From contig JASCQW010000128.1 in NCBI GenBank assembly GCA_030264375.1, positions 9,446,081-9,510,080 on the forward strand: a stretch of DNA of 64,000 bases, read 5' to 3'. The notes under the pieces were generated by a model, which was not told the DNA's origin, did no database searches, and saw nothing but the letters and a program-made list of their open reading frames with translations. This DNA is from Carcharhinus longimanus (lineage: Eukaryota). This document shows positions 47,244 through 59,700 of the stretch, one piece after another (position 1 is the first letter of the stretch; every line of letters starts with the position of its first letter). Both the position numbers and the translations under genes were made by a program.

Positions 47244-49455
47244 CCCCAGGATGATCTTTTCTTCTTCTGGGATGGCAGTGAGAACTTTGTCAAGGTCTGA
47301 ACAGAATTTTTCTTTAACACCTTCATCAAAGTAAAGGGTCAGGGCAGAATTGCTGACAAAGTTGGCATACTGATCACGGCTGAGCTTAGGTGAAATGTCA
47401 TGAGTCTTTAATTTATACAATTACAGAATTCTGGCAGTGCTTCCAGCATTCTAATCGGGATGGCAGAACCAATCCCTTGGATACAAACTCGCTGTTAGCC
47501 CTGCATTTCCAGTAGGTGTAGCCACCTGCTTGTTCCTTCAGGCGCCCCTCCCCCAGAAGACATGTCTGAGGGTGGTAATATCAATAAAGTCTTGCTACTG
47601 CAGATGATGATTGTAGTTCTCCTTTTCAAATGGCCACTCTTGGAGATTCCCCATGAGTATTCTAACATTCCAAGTTGTAAAATGTAGTTTTCTTTCTTTG
47701 ACTGACATTGTGATCCCACAGGCTGTGGTACCTAAGCCAAGGGAAAGAGCCTAATTTTAGGACACTTTTCCTAGCCCCCTCCCCATTTGAGGTGACCAGA
47801 GGGTAACCTGAAGAGGACTTCTATCACAGATGCTGCTCTGTCTCAACATGTGCCCAACAACCTTTACACATCTGTCACCTGGGTACAAATCGACTGGGGA
47901 CTCACAAGCCTACATCTCTGTTCCTGGCACTCACTCCCCATTGCCACAGCACTTGGCAAATTTTCGTCATCTGGCTATGTATGCTTTGGTTTAATATGAG
48001 GATCTTGAAGTGCCACCTTTGCTGTGGGCTACCACCTTTATGTGGTGAAGGAGTATATGCAATCTGATGATGCCTTGAGCAATGCCATTGGGAGTTACCC
48101 AATCCCAGTGGAGCCAAAACGGTCCCGGTCATTGTTTCGACACGTCAATGAAGCTTGATCACTAACCTGTCAAGGACAATGGTGGCATAGATAGAAAGGG
48201 GTAGAGGGAAAGGGAAGACATAGAAAAGCAGGAAGTGCTGGAAAAACTCAGCAGATCTGGCAGCATTTGTGGAGAAAGTTGGTTTGTAGAGTTAATGGTT
48301 AGGGTCCAATATCACACTTCTTCAGAACTGCAGCAAATCCAGCATCTGCAATATTTGTATTGATTTAAGGACAGACGTTTGATTGGAGAATATTGCTTCA
48401 GCTGAAGTGCAAGCTCTGATACAGGCATGTCACGGGCCAAATGGGTCCCATCTGTAAAGTAATTTATGCAATACATCATAAAAGTGATGGTTTATCAAAG
48501 AAATAGGAAGTGAGGCATAAATGGTTTACAATCTCCACAACACAATTACATTCAAGGTGGTGGCACAGCTGAAAGCAGATCTTTAATAGCTCAGCAGCGC
48601 TACCACCAGGAGATCAGCAGTAATACAACAGCTCAAAATTCCCAATTCAAAATCTGCTTTTTATTTTCACAAAACAAAATGTGAAATTTCTCCCTCCTAT
48701 TTTGAGTCAGACTGGGAGACAGGTTCACATGCAGGCATCCACTGACAGCAACCAGGTGGTCATTTTTCACACTGAATCTTGCAAGACTATTTCACATGCA
48801 TAACAACTGGTAACTATAAAGCCCCAGTTGGTTCCCCTATCCAAACAAGCCCAGCTTACAGCAAGGAAGCCAGGTGCAGCTGCACATACAAGGCCCCGGC
48901 TGAGAGAGGCCGAATGAGCAAGAGAGACGAGATGGGGCTGGGGAAGGAGTTGCATCATACAGGGTCTTCACCAATTCAATCCCTACAGGAATCCTGAAAA
49001 TGATAGTATCATCAGTCTGTGCTCCACCCCTGCTCAGTTTCTGCATTGTAAAACACATTGAAATGCAATCTCACTATATCGGAATAGAGGCACAATTCCA
49101 GCTTTGAATTGGTACCTGAGCAGATGACACAAAGACCCAGATAAGGAATCCATGATGTGTGCCTCAAAATGCTGGAATTAACAGTGGCCAAAAAATGCCA
49201 ATTGTCAATGCTTTGCAATAGATTTAGATCACCTCAGCATGTGCCTATTTAAATAGTAACTGCATTCAGCGCAGATAAACATAGTCTATGTCTAGATTTA
49301 TCCTATGTGCATAATATAGATTAGGCATAGCTGCATTTATGTAGAAGCTGGGCAAGTACATGATGGGGCAGGAGTAGAAAGAAATACTCTTAGGGTTGGA
49401 TGAGTAGGTGTTCAAAGAGGTAGTATGAGTGTATAAATGCTGGCATTAGAACGGA

Positions 49456-49735
49456 GTTGAGGAGGAACTTCTTCACTCAAAGGGTGGTGAATCTCTGGAA
49501 TTCTCTGCCCGTTGAAGTGGNNNNNNNNNNNNNNNNNNNNNNNNNNNNNNNNNNNNNNNNNNNNNNNNNNNNNNNNNNNNNNNNNNNNNNNNNNNNNNNN
49601 NNNNNNNNNNNNNNNNNNNNGAAGGCGGGAAAGTGGAACTGAGCCACGACAGATCAGCCATGATCTTATTGAAGGGCGGGGCAGGCTCTAGGGGCTAGAT
49701 GGCCTACTCCTGTTCCTAATTCTTATGTTCTTATG
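49456..49735 (+). mobile_element. CR1 3' end (gap inside)
   Basis: RRNFFTQRVVNLWNSLP, ending ggcctactcctgttcctaattcttatgttcttatg. Confidence 0.9.
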
Positions 49736-49792
49736 GCATACAGTAGCTGGACCCAAAGCCTGTTCTTGCACTGTAAATTCTACATCATGTAC

Positions 49793-49971
49793 ATCAGACT
49801 TTCGGATGGACCTACTTTGCATTAAGTTGATCTTTTGCTACACCTAGCTATGAATGTAACACTCCATTCTGCACTCTCTCCTTTCCTTCTCTATGAATGA
49901 TCTGCATTGCTGGCAAGAGACAATACTTTTCACTGCCTATTAAATACATGTGACAATAATAAATCAAATCA
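49793..49971 (+). mobile_element. Rex1/Babar 3' UTR fragment
   Basis: Homologous to 47065-47243, ending catgtgacaataataaatcaaatc. Confidence 0.85.
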
Positions 49972-50745
49972 TGTGCATATGTACACAGTGAATTAGATTT
50001 AGAGACCGAGAGGGAGTGCTAGCTGCATCATCATTTTGTCTGGACAATACAGCAAAGCAATTTGAAACAAGAAAAAAGAATGGCGCAATACTTTGCCAGA
50101 AAATAGGACACAAGTGCCAAGAGATTATGCAAAGACTTTAAAACACACCAGTCAGACCACACTTGAAGAACTGTATTTAATGCTGGTCACCACATCACAA
50201 AGAACATATACAAACACTAGAGAGGGCGCAGAGACGAACAAGACTGATCCCAGCTGTCAAGTGTATGAGCTAAAGGAAGGTTATTGAAGATCAAGCACTG
50301 TCTAAAAAAGTAGCAGATAATCTGAGGATAGGGCAAGAAAAGAAAGAACTTAGTCTAAACTCGGTTGCACTCAGAGTTTTTGCAAAGGTGAAGCAGGAAA
50401 GACGAACCAGAGGATTTAATCTAGTGGAAAGTAAATTAAGCAGCAAGTAGACGCAAACATTAATTACGCTCAAAACACAATGAATGGTATTCTGGGAGAT
50501 TATTACAGTACTAGGGGGATGAGTGTTGATCGGTTGTTACTTGTCCTTGGCTTCTCATGTTCTTACTTCCAATTACTGTGAAAACTACAGCAGACACAAC
50601 ATAAAACTAGTTACACACAAAACCCATTACTAAGGGTGCTGACCCAAATTCCATGGAGTTTTGCAGGAAAACAAAGCAACAAAAACAAATTTCTGTAACT
50701 TCAATCCTTTTTCTGGTTTCCACAAGACAGTAAACATGTGTGTAT

Positions 50746-50751
50746 TTTATT
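50746..50751 (-). promoter_or_regulatory. Candidate proximal polyadenylation signal for FBXL18
   Basis: AATAAA on the minus strand about 112 nt after the stop codon. Use is unverified. Confidence 0.3.
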
Positions 50752-50862
50752 TTAAACAACAGTGTCATCGACAGGCAGAGGAAATTCAGGAGATTGAGCA
50801 CGCATGTTGGGAGGGGGTGTGGTCACCCACATTGTATTCAATTCCTTTGGCAGCGCTGGGTA

Positions 50863-51019
50863 TCACCACCAGAGATGCAGAGGGTCTTCTGCAACACGAC
50901 TTTTAAATAGAGTTATTTCGTCCAAGTGCATCATAGGAACATCCCTGATGGCGTCAGCAAGTCCTTCATGAAGGAGTGGAAATATGGCCACGTTCAGAGC
51001 AGGCCGTTCTGCCTGGAAA
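50863..51019 (-). CDS. FBXL18: Terminal coding exon of F-box/LRR-repeat protein 18
   Basis: Polypyrimidine tract and acceptor ttttgttgtcctccag|T TTC CAG GCA (phase 2). It encodes FQAERPALNVAIFPLLHEGLADAIRDVPMMHLDEITLFKSRVAEDPLHLWW*, closely matching the human FBXL18 C-terminus as I recall it (FQAERPALNVVIFPLLHEGLTDVIRDVPLVHLDEITLFKSRVAEEPPNLWW). Upstream exons were not found in the window. Confidence 0.88.
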
Positions 51020-51544
51020 CTGGAGGACAACAAAAGGCAATAAGTTAGAAAGTTGGGTGTGGACTTAAAAGGAAGATTTATTTCCTTCAATCTTTAATGA
51101 CTGCTGAAGTTAGATGTGAAGTTATAATGGGTCATAGAACAAAGCATCAGGTGGTTTTTTTTGCTTTACATATGAAACAAAAAACAGTGGCTGCGGAGGC
51201 CCACTGATGAGCTACTACTTTGTAATGGCTGGCAATGGAATGGAGTATGGATTGGAGATGGGAATGTTCCAGTTATACGCAATTCCGAAACCACTGCTAC
51301 TTTTTTCATTTTTACCCACATTATCAACTTTGTCTTGCAGACCAGTAATGTCCTAAGCTCAATGCCCAGAAGTGTTGATTTTTTTTGTTGCCCTCAGTGT
51401 AACTAGTGGCAAAGGTGCTACACTTCCCCGTAGATCTGTGGCTGGGGTGGAGGACGGGTGTAGAGATCAGGGAAGGGACGGTGGGAGTCAGCTGCACTTC
51501 CTGATTTGAAATTTATCCAGTGGCTCCTGCTTCAGTGGGGTGGG

Positions 51545-51721
51545 CACAGTAAGAAGTCCAACAAGTTTATTTGAAATCACGAGCTTTCAGAATACTGTTC
51601 CTTCATCAGGTGAGTACTCCATAAGATCGTGATTCCAAATAAACCTGTTGGCTTTTAACCTGGAATGGAGAGACTTCTTATTGTGCTCACCCCAGTCCAA
51701 CGTCGGCACTTCCACATCATG
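51545..51721. mobile_element. Penelope-like terminal repeat, inverted pair
   Basis: Same family as 1-147 and 24514-24886 (ccaaataaacctgttgg...ccccagtccaacg..ggc...tccacatcat). Confidence 0.7.
51577..51613 (-). ncRNA. Minimal type-I hammerhead ribozyme motif (Penelope-derived), activity unproven
   Basis: The minus strand reads UCAC-CUGAUGA-AGGA acagua UUCU-GAAA-GC-UC-GUGA. Both core boxes are intact, stem I and stem II are 4 bp each, and AGCU is palindromic. Confidence 0.55.
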
Positions 51722-51999
51722 ACTTCAGCAGGGTTAGCTTGACACTCTGCTTCAAAGGTTTGCTAAAACTCTCACATGAAGAGGGAAAGGCGCTAAAGGA
51801 ATCCTGGAACAAGTCGAAATCTTCAAAATGGGGCAAGAAAACGCAACAGAGAGTGAACTAAGGTATGTACTTCTTTGTAATAAAGATACCCAGTAGAATC
51901 AAGTGCAGGTTTTCTCTGGTTTACTTTTAGTCAATTTGCATTAATCCAAAGGGACCTGGGCAGGTAGCACAGAGGTTGATTATGAAGGTCTCTTCTTTC

Positions 52000-52760
52000 T
52001 CTTCAGGTACCAAGCCCTAACCATAGTTGGCGACTGTGGACTTCCATGTCAATCGTGCTCTGAAGACGTGGTTAATCTTTGTGGGCGGTACATTCATCCA
52101 GTTTGTGAGGGTCTTTAAAAAGGTTGTTCTTTGTCTACCTCAATCTCTTTCACCATCAATCTTTCCCACCAACAATAAACTTTCTAAATCACAATATCTT
52201 ATTACACGCTCAAGAAATTCCGGAAGACTCTCCCTGATCTTGACCAGCACAATTATTCTGGTTTCAAATTTTACTAGCACGTTTTCACTGGTTGTGTGAT
52301 TTGTCCAAGACATCTTCATTATTCACCTCAAAAATCATAACTCTGCAGCCTCAATTCTTACAAACATACAAATTAGGAGCAAGAGTAGGTTCTCTGTATT
52401 TTACTAATCACCCAACAATCGCTACCCAATGTTAAAATTGGTGTGATGCATGTAGCATTCCAGGATTTTTAGCTTTGTTTCCAAGGCTAACTCTGAGTTG
52501 ATCGTAATCTTTTTCACGTTTCGGAATGTACCTTTCGCCATTTCAAGCCTTCAACTCATTCCTTGGCCACTCTATCCGTCCAATGATAATATATTTCCTG
52601 GGTAACAAATTTGTCTCCCTGCTTGAAATTTTAATTCTTCACTGTGATCTGACATTCTGCTATGATTCTCTTTTCAGACATTATTGGACGGTTTGTTTCC
52701 TTGCATCTTATGAAGTTCTGCACAAGTATAAAGTTGAGAGATTAGTTTAAAAAACAAACA
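52000..52760 (-). mobile_element. Degraded RTE-clade LINE 3' region
   Basis: Minus strand gives RIEAAEL*FLR*IMKMSWTNHTTSENVL ... LESLLLVGKIDGER..GRQRTTFL. Confidence 0.7.
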
Positions 52761-52989
52761 GGAAATAAAGATTAAGCAGCAGTATGCTTGGAACAAAGGA
52801 GTGAGAAAATGATTGGAGAATTTGGTGGATATGTTATTCAAACCAGTTAAGGCTGCAAACAATATGTAGACACTATTATCAATACGAAAAAAGGGGAATG
52901 ATTTGAGCTGCCTCAGAGAAAGCTTGCATCTAAAATACATCTAGGTCAGTCTATAATCTCCTCCAGCCCTACAACTCTCAGATTTCAGC

Positions 52990-53312
52990 AGCATGGTGGC
53001 ACAGTGGTTAGCACTGCTGCCTCACAGTGCCAGGAACCTGGGTTCAATTCCCAACTTGGATCACTATCTGTGCGGAGTCCGTACGTTCTCCCTGTGTCTG
53101 CATGGGTTTCCTCCAGGTGCTCTGGTTTCCTCCCACCATCCAAAGATGTGTGGGTTAGATGGAATGGCTCTGCTAAATTATCACTTAGTGTCGGGGGATT
53201 AGCTCGGGTAAATGCATGGGGTTACGGGAACAGGGCCTGAATGCGATTGTGGATGGTGCAGACTTGATGGGCTGAACGGCCTCCTTCTGCACTGCACGAT
53301 TCAATGATTCTA
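52990..53312 (+). mobile_element. Full-length HE1-like V-SINE, tail A
   Basis: gcatggtggcacagtggttagcactgctgcctcacag...ggcctccttctgcactgcacgattc. Confidence 0.9.
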
Positions 53313-53316
53313 TTGT

Positions 53317-53473
53317 ATTCAAGAGGCAGCTAGATATAGCACTTGAGACAAACGGGTTCAATGGTTATGGGAAGAAAACAGGATTAGGCTATTGAGTTGG
53401 ATGATCAACCATGATCGTGATGAATGGCAGAGCAGGCTCAAAAGACCTCCTGATCCTACCTTCTATGTTTCTA
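53317..53473 (+). mobile_element. CR1 3' UTR fragment
   Basis: ttcaagaggcagctagatatagc...gatcaaccatgatc...ttctatgtttcta. Confidence 0.75.
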
Positions 53474-56400
53474 TTTTAACTTTGGCCACTTGAACATCCC
53501 TAATTGTAGTCATTCCACACCATCAGTGCCTACACCTTCTGCTGCTTGGGCTTTAAGTGCTGGAATTCCTTCCATAAACCTCTCTGCCCTCCACCTTTAT
53601 CTCTCTTCCTCAAAACCTTCCACAAAATCTACCTCTTTGATCAAGTTTTTGGTGATATTCCTAATATTTCTTTATAAAGTTCAGGGTCAAATTTTGTTCA
53701 ATAAATTGCATTAAAGGCATCTTATAGATGTTACTCCTCTGTTCTGGAAAACATTCCAATTTCAAATGAACAGAATTGAAAGCTGCACTTTGTAGGCTCC
53801 AGTTTTAATAGAGTCTGGACGAGGGCTGTTTGCATGAAAAAGGAGATTTTTAAAATTTGGATTAACTATTCATAAGCGTTTTGTTTTTGAGCTGGAATAA
53901 CAGATGCAAAATCAATTTGCATATTCTGTTTGGCACCAGTTCCATAATTTTTAATAAAGAGAAGCATTTATTACATTAATGAGACAGACAAAGATAATAG
54001 AAGCCACAAAACATCAAGAGGTAATGGAACCCAATAGCCCAGGGTACCAACATTCCCCGTGCACCTGCAAAGGTACTTACTCCTTTAGAAAAGGTGCTGC
54101 AGGCCGAGAACGAAGTACAGTCATGCATCTTGTGTGTGGAGGGGCGTTACTTGGCTGCAAGCTACGTTTGAATAAAATCACATCTTTGGAAGAACCTCAA
54201 AAATGATTTCTCCACCATGGTATTTTTATGTTCTAAGTCTAGGCTCCCATTTCCCTCAGGGCTGAGAGGCTAAGTTGTTTAATTATTTTTTGCTGTTTAC
54301 AGGGGCTGTTGAACAATTACACATTATTCGCATATTGAAAATTGAGGCAATAATAAGACATGCCATCTTATTTTGGTTGGGCTCAAAAACAATGCAGTCA
54401 TGGTAATCTCTGACCCCAAAACACTTTCACCCACCAATCTTCTCCAAGTACACCCACTCCACTGTCCCACTGTGGTATTTTCATTTGAAACTGAAGGGTG
54501 GGTGACAAGCACCACAAGCTGAATACTGAAGAAGCACACTGAGGTAAAGGTATGAGGACTTTACAGAGGAAGCTGCCTTTGGGTTTCACCCAACTGAATG
54601 CAGACAGCAAACATTTGCAGCCCATTTGACTGCACGCAGTATGACATGTGACCCACGTTTCACCCTTTCCAGATATGGGTGGTCACTGGGCAGCAATCGG
54701 AAACAGCCCCCACCGCAAGCTCAAAGGATTGAGAAACCAATTATAGGATTACTATGCCAGCTGAGTTCAGCAAATTAAATCCCTGGCCTTTCCTGCTCTG
54801 TTATCACTGGTAGAGCATTTACCTACTAAACTAATCAGGATATTTATTTAATGGAATTGAATGTAAATACAGCAAGATTTACACAATTTTTTGTTCTCTC
54901 TAATGAAAGTCACGCTGTTTCACAAGACAGCAGTGTATTGCAACACAAATGTTCATTTAGGACATAGGTGCACTTGCAGTAGGGTAGGTGTTGAGCCAGA
55001 CATTAACAATGGTGGAACAAGAACTGAGAAAAAGAGATCTGAAGTAGAGTCAGACTCGAAAGGTTAACCGTCTTCTCTCTCTAGGCCTGCTGGGCCTGTT
55101 CTTGTTTCAGATTTCAGTATCCACAGTATTTTGCTTATATCAACATTGGCAGATTCAGCACTGGCTGCAGATTAAAAAGATGACCTCCCTGTTTTAGATG
55201 GCTGCGTAAACCTACGCAACTCATTTTCTTTTTTCTGTAGATGTTAGGAGGTCTATAATGTATGTAACAATCATAATTCTTTCCCTCTTCTATAGATTGT
55301 AAAGGACACAACATGAATCAAGCCAAGCATATTACATACACGCACAGCACAAGTACCACTCCACTGAAAACTGTCTACCAAATTCTCCGAAGTGTCTGGG
55401 TTTATTGTTTTGTCTTTCTTTTGCTAACAACAACAACAACAACATCAACATCATGATGTATATATAGCACTGCTAATATAAGGCAACTTAGCATTAACAA
55501 ACAAAACATACAGCAGGAGGCTGCTGCAAAGTAAAAAAATCAAAGCCATCAAGTTAATAATATCCTAAGGCTCCCACACAATTTGCTTAATGACTTCAAG
55601 GCTGTTATCTGAAGTCTTGCTTTAGTCAGTCATATGGTCGTTGTATTTAAGAACAGTCATCATGTAATGGTAGGACTTTAAACTCCTCCACCACAAAGCA
55701 AAAATCATTGATTAACTGTCGGACATCAAAGAGTTAAGGGTAACAAAAATGAAAATGAAGGGCAACAATCTGAAGAAAACTGATTCATAAAAAATTGAGT
55801 ATTAATAGAATAGGGTTAGGAGAAAGCATTACATGCTTTAAAGCCTTTGTGACACAGGAGTGCTTTGATGTTCAAAGCTTTACTGAAAGCAACACAATCT
55901 TCATGAAAGTGTCAATCTCCACCAGCTCCAAAGTCCGACATTACGCTTCCACAATTTGAATACGATGGAATGTACATCTCCCACCTGTGCAAATTGTGAT
56001 GCTTATTACAATGGAAGGGAATGACATTTATATTAACTATATGTTGAGAGATGAAGGTAATTATGATTAATCAGACAAGCCACAACTTATTTCACACGGG
56101 AACATTAAACAGTCTTTGACAACAGCAGTTTGCTTGCTTTTCATTTAAAATTTGCTCAAAAACTTCATAAGGTTTCCCAGGATAAAAAAGACAATTGAAC
56201 CCTGCGCATTTCTCATACAAATAACCAGCAGAGCTCAATCAACTCAGACCTATACCTCACAAAATTATTTAAAATGCAAACACAGTTGACTGGTATTGTA
56301 TGCAGACAAGCAGGAAGTTTGAAGGAATCGGCTGAAAGAGAGTTTGATTTAATTGTACAACTCTGCCAAAACAAGCAAAACCACTATGGGCTGTGTCGAC

Positions 56401-56554
56401 ACCTTCTGCGCTGTATCATGGTTCTAGGAATATTGTAAGTATGTTGTCTCCAAAAGACATTTCACAGGTTGTTGGGAAGGGGGTGGCAGTATTGTACATT
56501 TGAAATGTTCAGCATCACTATGCATATTTTTCACTTACTAGTCTTTTTGGAACT

Positions 56555-56795
56555 CAGATGGAGAAATCTCTTCACCCAGAGGGTGGTGAACATTGAAACT
56601 TGCTACCGCAGAATGAAGTTGAGGCCAAAACATTGTCTGATTTCAAGAGGAGATTAGATACAGCCAAGGGATCAAGGGAAGGTGGGGGGGGTGGAATCAA
56701 GATACTGAATTCACTGATCAGCCACAATCAAGATAAATGGCGGAGCAGGCTCGAAGGGCTGAATGGCCTACACTTGCTTCTAGTTTCTATCCCTC
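56555..56795 (+). mobile_element. CR1 3' end
   Basis: RNLFTQRVVN, and ggcggagcaggctcgaagggctgaatggcctac. Confidence 0.8.
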
Positions 56796-59700
56796 TATCC
56801 CTATCATTTCTGTTTAAGGAGTTTTTGCATACCTGTTCATCATCAATTTGGATTTTTTTGCACAATTCTTACTAAATTTTATTTTTCACTTCTCAAGCTA
56901 TGCCATATGATGTGGAACTCAGAAATACAGAGCAGTAGGGTCCTCAAGTTGTGACCAAGGTCAGAACTGTAACAGGACAGTTAGCTGACCTCCTACCAAA
57001 GTTCAGATGCCGCAAATGGCCTTGATTGTTATTCAGCAGCCTCTGCTTAGAAAAAGTATCTGCAGAATCAGGCAATAATAAAACTGAGCTTGAAAGCAAT
57101 GCCGCACCTACAGATGAGTCGCACGTTGGCACACGTTGTTCAGAGAGGTAAAAGAAAAATCTACGAGGTGATTTTTAAAAGAAGTGCATGAACAATATGC
57201 TGGTAACAAAACAGTGGCCAGGGTTTCCATATCCCTCTTCTTTCCAATGCTGCAGTGTCTGATGCAGACAGGGTATGATGCCTTCCATAGTTGAACTAAC
57301 TGCTAGCATTCATCAAGGCTTAAACATATANNNNNNNNNNNNNNNNNNGTTCAGGAAGATACCAGAGTGTATACCCCACCTCAGCTAGGCTCCCTGGCTA
57401 CATGGGGGCACAAACCAAAAAAGGAAATTTCAAAACAAGCACAGACAAATCTTACAGAATCACATCTCAGTAGGTATAAAGAAGTCTGCAGGCAATGTAG
57501 TCCCACCCTATTATTGAAAGAGAAAGTGCAACGCCCATACAGGAAAAACATGTGTTATTGAGGGGCTGAGGGAGAGATAAAGAAAAAACAATCTTACTCA
57601 AATGGATATTAATCCCAGTGAAAGCTTGAATTGAAAAGACTAGTTTGATCATACTCCACCATTCAAACTATTCCCTGTTCCGGTTTATGCTGCATATCTG
57701 CTCCAACTGGTTTTAAGCTCAATCTTTCATCTGTTTCATGGCAACTCAATTTTTAATACATAAACATATTTTGCTCCAACTAAAAAGACCCAGGAAGAGG
57801 ACACAAAATGGGCTCCAAATAATTCTGAAACAAAAATGTCTCCTGCACTGAAGCAATTTCAAAGCTAGTCAAATAATCAGCCAATATTCACTGTCCAGGC
57901 ATACACGAGGAACAGACAATCCTGGCGGCAGGGGCCTACTATCCCACTAGAGGTATACTCCAACTAAGTCACATCCACACACTTAGAAGAAGTGAAAGCT
58001 GGGAAGAGGGGAATAAAGGCATAATCAGGCCACACAGTCATGAAATGATGACAAGCTCTTTCTCATGAATTACCGCGTCAGTAATTTACAGTAACTACGT
58101 TAAGGGCCAAATNNNNNNNNNNNNNNNNCAAATATAAAATCAATACTTTTTTTTGCTGCTATGTATTAAACATACTAGCACACAATTCAATACACTGTAC
58201 TACCAACTGTGGCCAGAATGTTTTTGCTTGACGAATCCCCACAGGGACAGATGGAAGTCTTCTTGGCCCATTTCACCAACCTCCTGGTGGGTAATTACAG
58301 AATGCCACTGGCAGAGACCTGGCAGTAAGCCATCTGGCTACCCTCTTGGATGAAGACTTGAAAAAGAGGCGAGAACAGAACTGAAATAAAATTCCACAGG
58401 AGATTTTAATCATCTTTCAAGCACATGCATTTAGAGGTGGGGGGAGATTAATTTTTGATCAGTATTTCTCACTTCAAAGGTACATGCTCTGCTATTACCT
58501 GAATACAGGCAAACATACTTCCTCCATTGCTGGAGGCAGAGCTAATGGATGTTAATTTATATATTAGATAGAAGTAGGCTGTCAAGCATTTGAAACACAT
58601 ACATAAAACTCTCTATTCAGCTATTCATTGAGGAACCATTCCACTGAGCTGTGTTGAAGTATAAAACAATTGCTACATTCCTGGTGAATAAGGTGTCAAC
58701 GTTTACACATTAAACAAAAGTGTCAAAGTGCTTTAAAGGTGCATTTTAATAAATGAAAAATGCTATAAGGCGCTGCCGTTAAAACTTTAGCGAGGGGAGG
58801 CATTTTAACTGATTACTACAGTAAAGGCACTGCATGATATATGAGCAACTGGAATTGCTGATCTGTTCCAGGTCTTAGTGCCTTTTGCTTTTCAAAATGG
58901 ACACAAAAGATCCCAATAATTTATGGAGTTACCCACTACTGGTCTTGACTACAGTGTTCTCATTCACACACACTCCCCGGTGCTATTGCTGTCAGTTCTT
59001 CTGACCATCTGCCCGCATATCAGATGTACATGCAATGATGGCCTGGAAGAAGGCATCGCCATGGCAACATTCACTGCAGAACCAATAGAAGCAGTTAAAC
59101 ACATACATAATGCCTTTCAGTTGACAACCGCACTAATAATCCACTACTTGGGAAACAAAATCAATCTCTAATTTTTTTTGATTTCTGGATTAGAATTTCT
59201 TCTAAACACAAGTTATTAACTTAATCTATATCCAGTGAGCTGCACAACCCATGCACTCCTGCCACGCGCGATAAACAACGGAGGATTAACCCAACGGGCC
59301 ACTTGTTTCTTTATGACTTTTGGCATATAAAGAAAGACTTGCATTCATATAGCCTTTTTCACAGTCTTAGGACGTGCCAAAGCACCTTACAGCTCGCTCA
59401 GTACTTCTGAAGTGCAACCATTGTTGTAATCCAAGAAATGAGAGTCAAACTGCGCACAAAGTCCTACAAATAGCAATGCAATAACAACCAAATTATTTGC
59501 TTTAATAATGGTTTAAGATATTATTGCAAATTTCATTTTTTGTACAATTACAAAAGCGTTGAATTGTCCTGAAGTACAAGATCCACTCTACAGAATACAG
59601 TCATACAGTCATAGTGGTTTAGAGCATGGAAACAGGCCCTTTGGCCCAACTTGTCCATGCTGCCCCTAGTTATCAACACTCCCCATTCTCAAACTCTGCA

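Larger units (their letters stand above)
44175..48150 (-). mobile_element. Long degraded RTE-clade LINE (5' region, endonuclease, RT, C-terminus), split by younger insertions
   Basis: Endonuclease EKFCSDLDKVLTAIPEEEKIILGDF (47243-47350) continues as NAKIG (46245-46260). RT reads LWSMLQRFGCP..YIRIL...DDMSATV and G.KV..H(D/G)-like remnants near 45040. Confidence 0.7.
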
